Numbered from the stretch's first letter, positions 1-11,628 are shown. The stretch: DNA of 64,000 nt from Holosporales bacterium (GCA_044361745.1 JBIKIF010000001.1:160557-224556); one strand, 5' to 3'. Notes: generated by a model from the sequence alone, not told the origin. A program made the numbers and translations.

Positions 1-124
1 TTCTTTGGGGAGACAAATTGAAGAAGCAAAAGAAGGCGGTGCTACCGTTTCAGCTGAGAGAAGGGAGGCTTTTTATCAAGAATCTTCCGTTTGGTTTCTA
101 TGATTTAGGGAAGAGAGCCTCTTA

Positions 125-1360
125 ATGAATTACAAGGAGCTGTTTTTCAGTCAATTAGACCGTATTCGTGCAGAGGGAAGATACCGAGTGTTTAGGCCGC
201 TTGTTAAGGATGCCCGCCTCTTTCCCCGTGCTTTTTCCATCGACTCAAAGGGGCGGCAAAAGCAGGTGGTTTTATGGTGTAGCAACGATTATTTGGGCCT
301 AAACATGAATGGCGGTGCCATTCGGGCGTTCCAGGAAAAAGCGGCTCAATCCGGTGTTGGGAGTGGGGGGACACGTAATATTTCAGGGACTACCCTTCTC
401 CATGACTCTTTGGAGAAGGCGTTGGCGGATCTCCATGGAAAAGAAGCGGCTTTGGTTTTAACCTCAGGATATGTTGCGAACGTCAGCATTTTAGCGGCCC
501 TTGGGAGATTACTTCCAGGCTCAGTTATTTTCTCTGACGAAAAAAATCATGCCTCTATGATTGAGGGAGTCCGTCACAGTGGATCAGAGAAAATTATTTT
601 TCCTCATAACGATTGTGATTTTTTAAAGAAAGCATTGGCAGCCCAGCCATTAGGGAGACCTAAGCTGATCGTGATAGAATCTTTGTATTCAATGGACGGA
701 GATTTTGCCCCTCTTCAAGAGATTGTTACGTTAGCAGAAACCTATCATGCTTTGACTTATGTGGATGAGGTTCATGCGGTCGCTCTTTATGGTCACCGGG
801 GGGGAGGCGCTGCCCAAGCGATGGGCTTGGAAGAGCGTATTTCAGTCATCCAGGGGACTTTGGCGAAGGGTCTCGGAACGATGGGGGGCTATGTGGCATC
901 TGATGCTTGCCTCATTGATTTACTCCGAAGTACCGCTTCTGGTTTTATTTTTACGACGTCTTTGCCGGCGCCCTTGATCGCAGCCACCCTTCACAATGTG
1001 GGGCTTGTGCAAGATCCCAACCTACGGACCCAACATCAAGAGATTGTGGCATTGACAAAGCAGGCTCTGGGGCAGGTTGGACTCCCTGTGATGGAGACGC
1101 CCTCTCACATTATTCCTTTGATTGTTGGGGACCCGTTTCGGGTCAAGGACATGGCTGATGTTTTGCTTGAAGATTGGGGAATTTATCTCCAACCCATCAA
1201 TTACCCAACCGTTCCTCGGGGGACAGAGCGTTTTCGTATCACACCCTCCCGTCTCCATACCCCTGAGATGGTGAACGATCTTGTGAAAGCTCTCAGTCAG
1301 GTTTGGTCTGATTTTGGATTGCCCCGCCATACCGAAGAATCCCCGAAAGATCAGGGGTGA
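125..1360 (+). CDS. hemA: 5-aminolevulinate synthase
   Basis: [37 protein letters not shown] (PLP lysine), [19 protein letters not shown] motifs. Confidence 0.95.
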   Translation: MNYKELFFSQLDRIRAEGRYRVFRPLVKDARLFPRAFSIDSKGRQKQVVLWCSNDYLGLNMNGGAIRAFQEKAAQSGVGSGGTRNISGTTLLHDSLEKALADLHGKEAALVLTSGYVANVSILAALGRLLPGSVIFSDEKNHASMIEGVRHSGSEKIIFPHNDCDFLKKALAAQPLGRPKLIVIESLYSMDGDFAPLQEIVTLAETYHALTYVDEVHAVALYGHRGGGAAQAMGLEERISVIQGTLAKGLGTMGGYVASDACLIDLLRSTASGFIFTTSLPAPLIAATLHNVGLVQDPNLRTQHQEIVALTKQALGQVGLPVMETPSHIIPLIVGDPFRVKDMADVLLEDWGIYLQPINYPTVPRGTERFRITPSRLHTPEMVNDLVKALSQVWSDFGLPRHTEESPKDQG

Positions 1361-2177
1361 TCCACACGGTTTTAAAATGTTGATTCAAGAGAGCTCGGAG
1401 AGAATCTGCCTGATGAATCCCCATTTCTAAAAGAATTCGCCCACCTGGAGATAAATAGGAGGCTGCTTGGGGAATGATGTTTTGATAAGCGTTTAGGCCG
1501 TCAAGGCCTCCGTCGAGCGCAAGGAGAGGGTCATAATCCCGGACATCTTTTTCAAGGGTTGGGATGACGTGGGAGGGAATATAGGGGGGATTGCTGACGA
1601 TCAGATCAAACTTGGGGGTCGTTTTTTGCAAAGGAGAAAACCAATGGCCTTGAAGCAGACTTACCCGCTTGCTGAGACCTAGACGTTCTGCGTTTTTTTG
1701 AGACACCTCCAGGGCCTCACCGGAGAGATCAATCCCGGTCCCTTGGGCATTTTGAAATTCCCGCAACAGACTCAGAAGCAAACAGCCGGACCCAACGCCG
1801 AGCTCAAGGATCGATACAGGAGACTCCCGAGGGAACTGGGTGAGGGCCAACTCAATTAAACCTTCCGTTTCTGGGCGGGGGTCAAGGGTGGCCGGTGAGA
1901 TCAGAAAAATGTCTTTCCAAAACCCCCGCTCTCCCTGGATTCGGGAGAGCGGTTCCCCTTGAATGCGGCGTTCTGAAGACATTTCTAAGGCTTTTGTTTC
2001 CCGGTTTGTCCAATGGCTGAGAGGGTGGTCTTTCTGGTGTAAAAGATCGAGCGGAGAGAGATTAAGAGCCCAGCACGCAAGACGATCCATCTCTTTCAGG
2101 CGTTCCGTTTCTGTGAAAGTGCCAGGAAGCTCACGAGCCCTTTCTGCAAGAAATTGGCGCAGACTCAGAGAATTCAT
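1293..2177 (-). CDS. prmC: release factor glutamine methyltransferase
   Basis: [31 protein letters not shown] motifs; 3' end overlaps hemA convergently by 68 bp. Confidence 0.95.
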   Translation of the reverse strand: MNSLSLRQFLAERARELPGTFTETERLKEMDRLACWALNLSPLDLLHQKDHPLSHWTNRETKALEMSSERRIQGEPLSRIQGERGFWKDIFLISPATLDPRPETEGLIELALTQFPRESPVSILELGVGSGCLLLSLLREFQNAQGTGIDLSGEALEVSQKNAERLGLSKRVSLLQGHWFSPLQKTTPKFDLIVSNPPYIPSHVIPTLEKDVRDYDPLLALDGGLDGLNAYQNIIPQAASYLSPGGRILLEMGIHQADSLRALLNQHFKTVWITPDLSGILRYGGAIQNQTKPD

Positions 2178-2454
2178 TGGACCTCTTTTCCCTCATCATT
2201 CATATTTTTATCCTTGAGGTTCGGCCCGTTGGACAATTCTGGCCGTTCCAAATTGTGCCAAGCTCACTTGACCCCGTCAAATCAATTTTTTTAATTTCAT
2301 ACTTGGGGCACTGTGTGCGCAAAGCAATGAACCCAAGATCTAAGCCTTTCGACCCATTGCACAATCACTCAATCACTTTTAAAGTGTTGGTCTGACTGAA
2401 TAATGTTGGGCGCTTCCCTTGGAAGGAGTCGCCCTGACCTCTGGGAAAGAACCG

Positions 2455-3705
2455 ATGCGTCCCTCCAAATGGTTTGGCTTGTTTCAATCGCCCCGCCCTC
2501 ATCTTGAGAATACGGCGACATGGATTGATCGTCGCTTGCCGATCTTTTCTTTTGTCAAGAAAGAGCTGCGGGATTATCCCACCCCCTGGAACCTCAATTT
2601 CTGGTGGAACTTTGGGTCGCTCGCCGGGATTATCCTTGTGGTCATGATCCTCTCCGGATTATTTTTAGCGATGTCCTATACGCCCCATGTGGATATGGCC
2701 TTCGACAGTGTGGAGCGCATCATGCGGGATGTGCACGGAGGGTGGTTCATCCGCTATCTCCACATGAACGGTGCCTCCATGTTTTTTCTGGTCGTCTACA
2801 TTCACATGTTTCGGGGTCTCTATTATGGCTCGTTCAAGGAGCCTCGGGAGCTTCTGTGGATTTTGGGCGTCGTTATCTTCCTCCTCATGATGGCAACCGC
2901 TTTTATGGGCTATGTTCTGCCTTGGGGGCAGATGAGCTTCTGGGGGGCCACGGTGATCACTAATCTGTTTTCTGCGATCCCCTTCATTGGGGAGGATTTG
3001 GTGCACCTCCTGTGGGGAGGGTTTTCCGTCTCAAACCCCACGTTGAATCGCTTTTTTGTGCTCCATTTTCTCTTGCCTTTTGTCATTTGTGCGGTTGTGG
3101 GGCTTCATTTGGTGGCGCTTCATCAGAACGGGTCAAACAATCCTTTGGGGGTTGAAAGAAAAACCCCTCGGGAGAGCCTGCCTTTCCACCCCTATTACAC
3201 CATCAAAGACCTGTTTGGTTTGGGCGTTCTGATTTGCGTTTGGATGTTTTTTGTTTTCTTTGCCCCCAATTTTTTTGGAGAGCCGGACAATTATATCCCA
3301 GCAGACCCCCTCGTCACACCGCCCCATATTGTCCCTGAATGGTATTTTCTCCCGTTTTACGCCATCTTGAGGGCCGTCCCCAGCAAGCTTGGCGGGGTTT
3401 GTCTGATGTTTAGCGCAATTCTTGTTTTGTTTCTGCTTCCGTGGCTAGACCGCTCTCCCGTGAGAAGCAGCCGTTTCCGCCCTATTTACAAGCGGTGTTT
3501 TTGGGTTTTTGTAGGGGTCTGCCTGACCTTAGGCTGGGTGGGAGGCAAACCTCCTGAAGGGGCCTATATCTGGATTGCCCGGATCTCCACAGCCCTTTAT
3601 TTTATTCATTTTGTTGTCTTGCTACCGCTCCTCAGCCGTTTTGAGAAACCTTTACCTTTACCCAAAAATCTTCTCCCTGACCCTGTTTCGAGACCTTCTC
3701 AATGA
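2455..3705 (+). CDS. petB: cytochrome b of the bc1 complex
   Basis: [39 protein letters not shown] motifs; ATG at 2455 chosen over the upstream TTG. Confidence 0.97.
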   Translation: MRPSKWFGLFQSPRPHLENTATWIDRRLPIFSFVKKELRDYPTPWNLNFWWNFGSLAGIILVVMILSGLFLAMSYTPHVDMAFDSVERIMRDVHGGWFIRYLHMNGASMFFLVVYIHMFRGLYYGSFKEPRELLWILGVVIFLLMMATAFMGYVLPWGQMSFWGATVITNLFSAIPFIGEDLVHLLWGGFSVSNPTLNRFFVLHFLLPFVICAVVGLHLVALHQNGSNNPLGVERKTPRESLPFHPYYTIKDLFGLGVLICVWMFFVFFAPNFFGEPDNYIPADPLVTPPHIVPEWYFLPFYAILRAVPSKLGGVCLMFSAILVLFLLPWLDRSPVRSSRFRPIYKRCFWVFVGVCLTLGWVGGKPPEGAYIWIARISTALYFIHFVVLLPLLSRFEKPLPLPKNLLPDPVSRPSQ

Positions 3706-5492
3706 CATTTGTTCCTTCCAAAACCGCTGTTTGGCCTTACATTTTAAAGACCCTCAAGCCGTTTCCAGGGGGGGTGATGACGATGATTTTGGTGGCGGTT
3801 TTGTCCGCAATATCCTTGTCCCTCAAGCCTTATTTGATTAAATGTATACTGGATTCTTTAAATGCAGGATTTGAAGGAGATATTTTCTCCGCACTCTTTG
3901 GCCCAATCATAGCCTATCTGGGGCTGTTCCTTATCATCACCACCTCTTTTCGATGTTACGACTATTTTGTCCAAATCAAAATGATTCCCCATTTGAGAGC
4001 GCACCTTGATCAGGATTGTTTGAGGAGATTGATGAACCAAAGCCACACCTATTACCAAAATAATTTCTCAGGGACCCTGGCCAACAAAGTAAACGATCTC
4101 GCCAAAAGTGTTCCTGAAATTGTCCAAACCGCCATTGATACCTTTCTGGCGGATGGTCTGTGTATTGGTGTGGCGATCTTCACGCTTTGGCAGACGAACC
4201 CTCTGTTTGGGATCTTTATGCTGCTTTGGACGTCTCTCTTTATTGGATGCGCTTTTCTTTATTCCAAACGCTTGAGCTTTCTTTCAGAACGGTGGGCTGA
4301 ATGTGGATCAATGATTGTTGGCCGCATTGTAGATGTGTTGTCGAACATGATGTCTGTGCGCTTGTTTGCCAACGCCCTTGGGGAAAAGAATCATTTAGGG
4401 GACACGCTTCAAAAATCAGTGCATGCGGAGCAAAGCCTTGAGTGGGCCTATTTTTGGATGTGGATTTGTTATGGCCTCTCAGCTTGTCTTCTGCAAGCTC
4501 TCAATTTTTATTTTTTATGCCAAGGGTATACAGAGGGTTGGGTGACTATCGGCGATTTTGCGTTGGTTCTTGTCATCAATCTCTCCATCGTGGATCTTCT
4601 GTGGAAAATCGCCCAAGAATTTTCAAGGTTTTCGAAGCAGTATGGGCGAATTTCCCAGTCGTTAGAAGCGATTCTAGTAGTTCCAGATCTCCAGGACCAA
4701 CCCGATGCCCTTCCTCTGAAGGTGGGGCCAGGACAGATTGTCTTTGAGAATGTGACATTTGATTACACAGGGGGAGAGCCTCTCTTTCAGAATAAGTCCC
4801 TGACGATTCACCCAGGCCAAAAAGTGGGGCTCGTGGGGTATTCTGGGGCTGGCAAAACCAGCTTTGCCCATCTGATTCTCAGACTCTATGATGTGAATGC
4901 GGGACAGATTCTGATTGACGGCCAGGCGATTGCTTCCGTCACCCAAGACAGTCTCCGTCGGGCGATTGGCATGATCCCTCAAGATCCGTCTCTGTTTCAC
5001 CGAAGCCTCATGGAAAACATTCGTTATGGACAGATCGATGCGAGCGATGGGGATGTGATTGAGGCCGCCAAGCGGGCCCATGCCCATGACTTTATTACCA
5101 CCCTTCCAGAGGGCTATGACTCTCTTGTGGGAGAGCGGGGCGTCAAATTGTCAGGAGGCCAAAGGCAACGGATTGCGATCGCTCGGGCTATCTTAAAAGA
5201 CGCCCCTATCCTGATTTTAGATGAAGCCACGTCTCAGTTGGACTCTTTAACGGAAGCGGATATTCAAGAGAGCCTTTGGGATTTGATGCAAGGAAAAACG
5301 GCCATTGTGATTGCCCATCGCCTCTCCACGCTTTTGCACATGGACCGGATTCTTGTCTTTGAGGGGGGGGCGATTGTCCAAGACGGCCCCCATAGGGATC
5401 TGTTGCACACGCCTGGCCTTTACCGGACTCTCTGGAATTCCCAAGTGGGTGGGTTTTTGCCCGATCACAAAGAAGGGCTGTCCTATGATTAA
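3702..5492 (+). CDS. ABC exporter, fused TMD-NBD (MsbA/Atm1-like)
   Basis: N-terminal transmembrane region, Walker [17 protein letters not shown] signature, ILDEATS, IAHRLST. Confidence 0.93.
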   Translation: MTFVPSKTAVWPYILKTLKPFPGGVMTMILVAVLSAISLSLKPYLIKCILDSLNAGFEGDIFSALFGPIIAYLGLFLIITTSFRCYDYFVQIKMIPHLRAHLDQDCLRRLMNQSHTYYQNNFSGTLANKVNDLAKSVPEIVQTAIDTFLADGLCIGVAIFTLWQTNPLFGIFMLLWTSLFIGCAFLYSKRLSFLSERWAECGSMIVGRIVDVLSNMMSVRLFANALGEKNHLGDTLQKSVHAEQSLEWAYFWMWICYGLSACLLQALNFYFLCQGYTEGWVTIGDFALVLVINLSIVDLLWKIAQEFSRFSKQYGRISQSLEAILVVPDLQDQPDALPLKVGPGQIVFENVTFDYTGGEPLFQNKSLTIHPGQKVGLVGYSGAGKTSFAHLILRLYDVNAGQILIDGQAIASVTQDSLRRAIGMIPQDPSLFHRSLMENIRYGQIDASDGDVIEAAKRAHAHDFITTLPEGYDSLVGERGVKLSGGQRQRIAIARAILKDAPILILDEATSQLDSLTEADIQESLWDLMQGKTAIVIAHRLSTLLHMDRILVFEGGAIVQDGPHRDLLHTPGLYRTLWNSQVGGFLPDHKEGLSYD

Positions 5493-6261
5493 GAGGGCCG
5501 TTCTTCTCTGGGCCTTGAACAGTTTTGCTTGCTTAGCGTCTGAGCCCTTGAAACCGCCTAAGCAATCTTGGACTTTTGAAGGCGCGCGCGGATCCTTTGA
5601 TCGTGCCGCATTGCAGCGGGGATTCCAGGTCTACAAGGAGGTCTGCTCTACCTGTCATGGCCTCAAGCGCATCCGGTTTCGAGAGCTTCAAGCCTTGGGC
5701 TTTTCAGAAGAGGAAATCAAGGTCTTGTCCAACAGTTATGAAATCACCGATGGGCTCAATGAAGAGGGGGAGCCGTCTGTCCGAAAAGGGCGCCCCTCCG
5801 ATGCCCTTCCGAACCCGTTCAAAAATGATAACGCAGCGCGGGCAGCCAACAATGGGGCTTTGCCCCCGGATCTTTCATTGATTGTAAAGGCACGGGCTTT
5901 CGGTCCTGATTATATCAATGCCCTCCTGACGGGATTTAAACCCGTGCCCCCAAACTTGACTTTGGGCAACGGGATGTATTACAATGAATTTTTCCCCGGT
6001 CATCAAATTACCATGGCCCCCCCCTTTGTGGATGGTCAAGTCATTTATGGGGACAAAACCCAGTCTACTGTTCGCCAAATGGCCCATGATGTGACCACCT
6101 TCCTGGCTTGGTGTGCCGAGCCTGAGATGGAGGCGCGCAAGCAAAAAGGCTGGCAAATTCTGATTTTTTTTGGTGTTTTGACCGTTCTTTTAGGAATTCT
6201 CATGCGGCTTGTTTGGAGAGATGTGGAAGATGCCCTCCGGAAGCCCCCTGCTGAAAGTTAA
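5485..6261 (+). CDS. petC: cytochrome c1
   Basis: signal peptide, RGFQVYKEVCSTCH heme motif, NNGALPPDLS, C-terminal anchor; ATG at 5485. Confidence 0.95.
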   Translation: MIKRAVLLWALNSFACLASEPLKPPKQSWTFEGARGSFDRAALQRGFQVYKEVCSTCHGLKRIRFRELQALGFSEEEIKVLSNSYEITDGLNEEGEPSVRKGRPSDALPNPFKNDNAARAANNGALPPDLSLIVKARAFGPDYINALLTGFKPVPPNLTLGNGMYYNEFFPGHQITMAPPFVDGQVIYGDKTQSTVRQMAHDVTTFLAWCAEPEMEARKQKGWQILIFFGVLTVLLGILMRLVWRDVEDALRKPPAES

Positions 6262-6442
6262 CTGTTCACTCAATAGATGACTTATCGACAAAATCCATAG
6301 GTCAACGACGTCATCCACTCTGTTGATCAAGGGTCGCGGAGCCATCAAAGATGGCTTGCTCACCTAAGGCGAGTATGACAAATATTGAGTGCACGATGTC
6401 ATAACTGTTTTGATTCATACCCCCACAAAGGAGTTTCCCCTT

Positions 6443-6886
6443 ATGCTCTCTGTTCCTCTGATTCGCCTCCCCCATGGGGAGGGGTTGCCCTTGCCCAGTT
6501 ATGGAACTGCCCTCAGTGCAGGTCTGGATCTTTCCGCGGCCATGGCTTCCCAAGTGCTTGCCCCCTTGGAGCGGGCTCTGATTCCCACAGGGTTCGCCAT
6601 CGCTCTTCCTGAAGGTTTCGAAGCCCAAATCCGCAGCCGCTCTGGACTTGCCTGGAAAAATGGCCTGGTTGTGCTCAATAGCCCGGGCACCATTGATGCG
6701 GATTATCGGGGAGAGCTGAAGGTGATTCTCATCAATCTGGGGTCTGAGGCGTTTGAGATCACCCGCGGGATGCGCATCGCCCAAATGGTGATTGCCCCTG
6801 TCTCCCATGTACGTCTGGAAGAGTCGCGTATTCTTCCAGAGGCTCTGAGTCGGGGAGAGGGGGGATTTGGGTCTACCGGCGTTTAG
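6443..6886 (+). CDS. dut: dUTP diphosphatase
   Basis: [36 protein letters not shown]; AAGGAG upstream of ATG 6443. Confidence 0.96.
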   Translation: MLSVPLIRLPHGEGLPLPSYGTALSAGLDLSAAMASQVLAPLERALIPTGFAIALPEGFEAQIRSRSGLAWKNGLVVLNSPGTIDADYRGELKVILINLGSEAFEITRGMRIAQMVIAPVSHVRLEESRILPEALSRGEGGFGSTGV

Positions 6887-7074
6887 CTGCCCCCCAGCCC
6901 CCTTCCCCATGGCGATGTCTGCCCATGGCAGGCCGCCTTCCGGTGGGTTTATTTCTGAGATTTTTTTTGTTCCCTTTTTGTCCAGCAGATTGCTTCTCTT
7001 TCAAGCTTTTCAGTGAGGATCTCTAGAATCCCCCTCAATTTTGGGTCAAAAAACGTGTCCTGATGGAGGTATTT

Positions 7075-7366
7075 AGCGCTTACTGTGGAGGTTCGATTGA
7101 TGGGTTTGTGGAGGAGAAGCTTCTGACGGACAAGCGGCAGCACCGGGCGTATCGGGGCAAGCCGCTCAACGGGTATCAAAAGCGCGCCAACACATCTCGG
7201 GGCAAAGTTCGGGCGAAGGTAGAGCCTGTGTTTGTATGAAACAAAAACGGGCGACAACAGTTTCAGATTCGCAGCATTGGTACGTGCGGGATTTGCTATC
7301 GGCATGAACACCTTGATTGATCATATGCGCCGGCTTGTATTCTTGCCCGATCAAGCTATTTTTTAG
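7075..7366 (+). pseudogene. IS5-family transposase C-terminal remnant
   Basis: manual translation SAYCGGSIDGFVEEK..HRAYRGKPLNGYQKRANTSRGKVRAKVEPVF*..QIRSIG, then frameshift to VRAGFAIGMNTLIDHMRRLVFL; resembles the IS5 R-x-x-VE-x-x-F C-terminus; in-frame TGA at 7237. Confidence 0.75.
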
Positions 7367-7911
7367 AATTCTTGCGCAAGCCCCCCTTAAATCAATCTAA
7401 AAAAATATAAAATGCCCAAATAAAGGGAGGTTCCACCTCCTTTGCACATGTTCAGGCTCCCTCTGCAGATAAAGACTCAGAATCACGGGTGACTCGAGGT
7501 GCCCAAGAGTCGATTGGTTCATTGAATGCACGGTACTTCCAGGGAATTTTTGACGTTTCGAAAATTCTAAAAAACTGATTTGACGCAGCTCAAGTGCATT
7601 TGATTTTAAAAGATATTTTACAAAATAAATTTAAAAAAATAAATAAGATCGGGTGAAAGGAGTTTTTTTTATAAGCTTTTGGTGCATTCAAGCAGCTTAA
7701 TGCCTCCCCAGTCTCTCTTCCACAAACCCAAAAATCTACGATTCCTGAGGCATTTTCCAAAGTGCAAAACTGTGGCAAATCCTTATTTTTTTGCCAATAA
7801 GTTATTTAAAAAAGTCTTAAAGCTCGAATTCATCACCATCGTGCAACTTTATTGCTGTAAAGTATTGTAGACTGAAATACGAGAGAAGCTCCTTTTTAAA
7901 ATTAAGTCGTT

Positions 7912-8514
7912 TCAACTCGATTGGGTATAATGGATCCCCTGCCCTGAGAACGGCGCCTCAAAACAATATCTAGGATGGGTGCACCGAAGAAGACCCGTCT
8001 TTTGGCCGGGAGCCTCCAGAACGTCCTTTACAAGGCTTGGAAAAGGAAAGCGGATAAAATGGACTGATGAAGTTTTGCCGTCTGCGGTCATGCGAGATCC
8101 CTCTGGATCGATGGGCTCTCCCTTGATTTCTGTCGTTCCCCAAACGATATGGAGATGGTGCTCAATGTCTCCTAAAGTTCTCAGAAGGGGCAGTCTTTCG
8201 GAGGCGTCGGGGATTTCGATCATGACTGTTGCTTTAAGATCACAAGGTCCTGGAAGAAGGGGGGCATAGGCTTCTAGCTCTTCTGCCATTTGAGCATCTC
8301 CGCCCCCTTCAATTCGAAGCATTTCCTGAATCTGCCACACTAAAGTGGCAAGGCATTCAAAATGGACCATCATCAACGGCCCTAAAGGAACGCGAAGGCG
8401 CTTTTTCAGAGCCATGATTTCGGGCAAACGGTGGGAACGTTCCCTCAGGAACACAGACGGGTCTTGAAGAGCGCTCTTCAGCTGGGCGAGGGGAGATAGA
8501 GGATCAATGGGCAT
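7912..8514 (-). CDS. DUF3501 family protein
   Basis: KKRLRVPLGP..HFE..T..WQIQEMLRIE..ELEAYAPLLP..LKATVMIEI..GKTSSVHFIRF; start overlaps tgt stop (TAATG). Confidence 0.8.
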   Translation of the reverse strand: MPIDPLSPLAQLKSALQDPSVFLRERSHRLPEIMALKKRLRVPLGPLMMVHFECLATLVWQIQEMLRIEGGGDAQMAEELEAYAPLLPGPCDLKATVMIEIPDASERLPLLRTLGDIEHHLHIVWGTTEIKGEPIDPEGSRMTADGKTSSVHFIRFPFPSLVKDVLEAPGQKTGLLRCTHPRYCFEAPFSGQGIHYTQSS

Positions 8515-9719
8515 TAAAGTTCCTTTCCAATCCAACGACGGATCCGTTCCATAAAACGATTCATCACCATGACATTATGCAGCGTGACAGCAATAGGACC
8601 TAGCATTTCTCCTGCCTTAAAGAGATGATGAAGATAGGCTCGCGAGTAGGTCTGGCAGGTTTCACAGGGACAATCCGCCTCAATGGGGTTCAGGTCTTCT
8701 TTAAACCGGGTGTTCATGAGATTCAGGTGGTCCCGGGTTCGCAGAGACAGATCATCCTTCATAGGCGCCCCAAGGGGGCCGGTCTCCGGCAGAACTAACG
8801 CTCCCCCATGGCGGGCAATCCGTGTGGGATGAACACAATCAAAGGTATCAATCCCCTGACGCACCCCATGCCAAATGTCCCCCATCCCCCCAATCCCCAG
8901 AAGATGGATCGGGCGATCCTCTGCCAAAAACGGAAGAGTCATTTCAATGACATCGTGCATTTGGCTTTTAGAGCTCCCCAGAGATCCGCCCACCGCTTGG
9001 CCAAAAAAGGGCTGGTCTGCCACAAACGAGGCGCTTTCCTGCCGCAAATCTGGGTAAACCCCTCCTTGGACAATGCCATAAAGAGCCTGGGTCTCGTGTG
9101 ACGTCCTCGAAAATGCCTGAAGGCAACGGACCGCCCAGCGGTGACTCCGACGGGTGCTGGATTCCGTGTAATCTTTCGGGACATGAAAAGGGGTGCATTC
9201 ATCCAGCACCACAATCAAATCAGCACCCAGCTTTTGCTGAACGGCAATCGATTCCTCTGGCGTTAACAGGTGAACATCCCCATTGATGTAGGACTTAAAA
9301 GTGGCCCCCTCTTCCGTGATCGTCCGAAGCTGAGAAGGGCGGCCATGGGTTTTCCGTCCTTTAATTTCATCCGCCACGGATCCATGGCCCAAGCTGAAAA
9401 TCTGAAACCCGCCAGAGTCCGTGAGCATCGGCCTCTGCCACCCCATCATTTTGTGCAGCCCCCCCATGTGAGCCACCCGATCTGCCCCCGGCTGAAGCAT
9501 GAGATGGTAAGTGTTGGATAAAATAATCTGGGTCCCCGCATCCGTGATTTGATGGGCCGTCATCCCTTTCAGGGTGGCTTTAGTGGCACAAAAAATAAAC
9601 GCCGGGGTTTCAAGAGTCCCGTGGGGCGTGGTGAGCCTTCCAAGGCGCGCCCGCGTCCCCCCCTGACGATGGGTGATGTCAAAACGAAACTGGGGATAGA
9701 GAGAAGAAGATGAAACCAT
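8514..9719 (-). CDS. tgt: tRNA-guanine transglycosylase
   Basis: LSNTYHL, TDSGGFQIFSL, GIVQGG, DTFDCVHPTR, CPCETC..H zinc site. Confidence 0.96.
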   Translation of the reverse strand: MVSSSSLYPQFRFDITHRQGGTRARLGRLTTPHGTLETPAFIFCATKATLKGMTAHQITDAGTQIILSNTYHLMLQPGADRVAHMGGLHKMMGWQRPMLTDSGGFQIFSLGHGSVADEIKGRKTHGRPSQLRTITEEGATFKSYINGDVHLLTPEESIAVQQKLGADLIVVLDECTPFHVPKDYTESSTRRSHRWAVRCLQAFSRTSHETQALYGIVQGGVYPDLRQESASFVADQPFFGQAVGGSLGSSKSQMHDVIEMTLPFLAEDRPIHLLGIGGMGDIWHGVRQGIDTFDCVHPTRIARHGGALVLPETGPLGAPMKDDLSLRTRDHLNLMNTRFKEDLNPIEADCPCETCQTYSRAYLHHLFKAGEMLGPIAVTLHNVMVMNRFMERIRRWIGKEL

Positions 9720-9865
9720 AGGACCCTAAAAACAGTGGACTGAACAGGTGTTGATGAATCTCAAAGCCACCTCAAAACTTCGAGCTGAACCCAAGCCGAC
9801 GTATCGGCCCATTCTCGAAAGCGCATAAAACTTTTTTCAGTCAAGGGCCTCATCGAAGGTAGGCA

Positions 9866-9895
9866 TCTGAGCTCAGCGAAAACGCCAAGCTCAGA
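9866..9895 (-). terminator. hairpin downstream of rpsA
   Basis: TCTGAGCT...AGCTCAGA inverted repeat 20 bp after the rpsA stop; no strong U tract. Confidence 0.45.
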
Positions 9896-9915
9896 CTTTC
9901 TATAGAAACGCGTTG

Positions 9916-11628
9916 TTACGCGTCTTCCTCTTTGGAGGCTCTGGATTTTTTCATCGCCACACCAAGAATCTCCCCTAAGCTTGCACCACTGTCAGAAGAC
10001 CCGAAGGTTTCCATGGCTTCACGCTCTTCTTCAAGTTCCCGTGCCTTGATCGAGAGCATGATTTTCTGGGATGCTTTATCGATGGACAAAATCTTGGCAT
10101 CAATCTTTTCACCCACGGCGAAACGATTTGAGCGCTGATCTGCCCGGTCTCTGGAGAGATCATTTTTCTTGATAAACCCAGAAAGAGTGCCATCAGACAA
10201 AGTCACCTCAATCCCAGAATCCAGAATTTCGCTCACGGAACAAGTCACAATAGCGCCCTTCTGCAGACCCTCTAATTTGCCCTCAAAAGGATTGGGAGAC
10301 AGCTGCTTAATACCAAGGCTGACTTGCTCTTTCTCAGGATCGATCCGAAGAACTTTGACCCGCACCATCTGGCTGCGCTTATAGTCTTTGAGAGCCTCTT
10401 CCCCGGATTTCTCCCAAGAGAGATCTGATGCATGCACAATGCCGTCCACGTCATCAACCAAGCCCACAAACAGACCGAAATCTGTCATGTTCTTGATCTC
10501 CCCCTCAAATTCAGTATCCACCGGATATTGGGTGCGAATGCGGTCCCAAGGATTGTCCATGCACTGCTTGAGGCCCAAGGATAACCGTCGTTTTGTTTCG
10601 TCCACATCGAGGACCATGACCTCTACAGCTTGGCTGGTGGAAACGATCCGTCCGGGGGAGACAGGTTTTTTGCTCCAGCTCATTTCAGAGACGTGAATCA
10701 AACCTTCCACACCGGGGGTCAACTCCACAAAAGCACCGTAATCCGTGACATTCGTCACGACACCCTGGAGACGGGATCCCATGGGGAATTTCAAAGAAAC
10801 CCCTTCCCAAGGATCACTCTCCAGCTGTTTGAGGCCCAGAGAAATACGCTGGGTTTCCCGGTTAAACCGGATGACTTTGACTTGAAGCTGTTGTCCAAGG
10901 CTCAAAACCTCCGATGGATTTCCTACCCGCTTCCAAGCCATATCGGTGACGTGCAGAAGACCATCCACACCCCCTAGGTCCACGAAAGCACCATAATCAG
11001 TGATGTTCTTGACAATCCCTGTGAGAACCTGGCCCTCTTGCAAGCTGGCCACCAGCTCCATCCGAGCCTCTGCTTGAGACTCTTCCATAATCGCACGGCG
11101 AGAGACCACGATATTGCTGCGGCTCCGATCCATCTTGAGGATCACGAACATTTGCTTGACACCCATAGGAGGGCCCGCATCCTTCACAGGGCGAACGTCC
11201 ACTTGGCTTCCAGGCAAAAAGGCAACCGCTCCGGAAAGATCAACGGTGAAGCCTCCCTTCACGCGGCCAAAAATCACACCCTCAACAGGTTGAGCCGATG
11301 CATGGGCCTCTTCCAGGTGTCTCCAGGCTGCTTCCCGCTTCGCCCGTTCACGGCTCAAAACCGCCTCACCATTCCGGCCCTCAAGGCGCTCAACAAAAAC
11401 GTCGACCTCATCCCCTGGCTTTAAGACAACTTCTTGTCCTGGAATTGAAAACTCTTTTAAAGAAACTGTTCCTTCCGCTTTCAAACCTACGTCAATGAGC
11501 ACCATGTCATTCTTGATGCTTAGAACTCGTCCTTTAACAACACACCCCTCGAGGGTCCCCTTTTTGGGAAAAGCTTCTTCTAGTAATTTCTCAAAATCAC
11601 CGACTTCAAATTGATTCTCGGAACTCAT
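9916..11628 (-). CDS. rpsA: 30S ribosomal protein S1
   Basis: repeated S1 motifs (NITDYGAFVDLGGVDGLLH, TDYGAFVEL..GVEGLIHVSEMSW); start at MSSENQF. Confidence 0.97.
   Translation of the reverse strand: MSSENQFEVGDFEKLLEEAFPKKGTLEGCVVKGRVLSIKNDMVLIDVGLKAEGTVSLKEFSIPGQEVVLKPGDEVDVFVERLEGRNGEAVLSRERAKREAAWRHLEEAHASAQPVEGVIFGRVKGGFTVDLSGAVAFLPGSQVDVRPVKDAGPPMGVKQMFVILKMDRSRSNIVVSRRAIMEESQAEARMELVASLQEGQVLTGIVKNITDYGAFVDLGGVDGLLHVTDMAWKRVGNPSEVLSLGQQLQVKVIRFNRETQRISLGLKQLESDPWEGVSLKFPMGSRLQGVVTNVTDYGAFVELTPGVEGLIHVSEMSWSKKPVSPGRIVSTSQAVEVMVLDVDETKRRLSLGLKQCMDNPWDRIRTQYPVDTEFEGEIKNMTDFGLFVGLVDDVDGIVHASDLSWEKSGEEALKDYKRSQMVRVKVLRIDPEKEQVSLGIKQLSPNPFEGKLEGLQKGAIVTCSVSEILDSGIEVTLSDGTLSGFIKKNDLSRDRADQRSNRFAVGEKIDAKILSIDKASQKIMLSIKARELEEEREAMETFGSSDSGASLGEILGVAMKKSRASKEEDA

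Noticed and set aside
1293-1360. 68-bp convergent hemA/prmC overlap as a regulatory device
   Set aside because: Both tails look like non-conserved extensions; common in compact genomes.
6949-7354. Minus-strand 120-aa and 62-aa ORFs
   Set aside because: Better explained as antisense to the IS5 remnant.
7590-7910. AT-rich tract as oriC or CtrA-regulated site (TTAA-N7-TTAA at 7806-7820)
   Set aside because: No DnaA-box cluster seen, no gene starts here, and the motif is expected by chance in AT-rich DNA.
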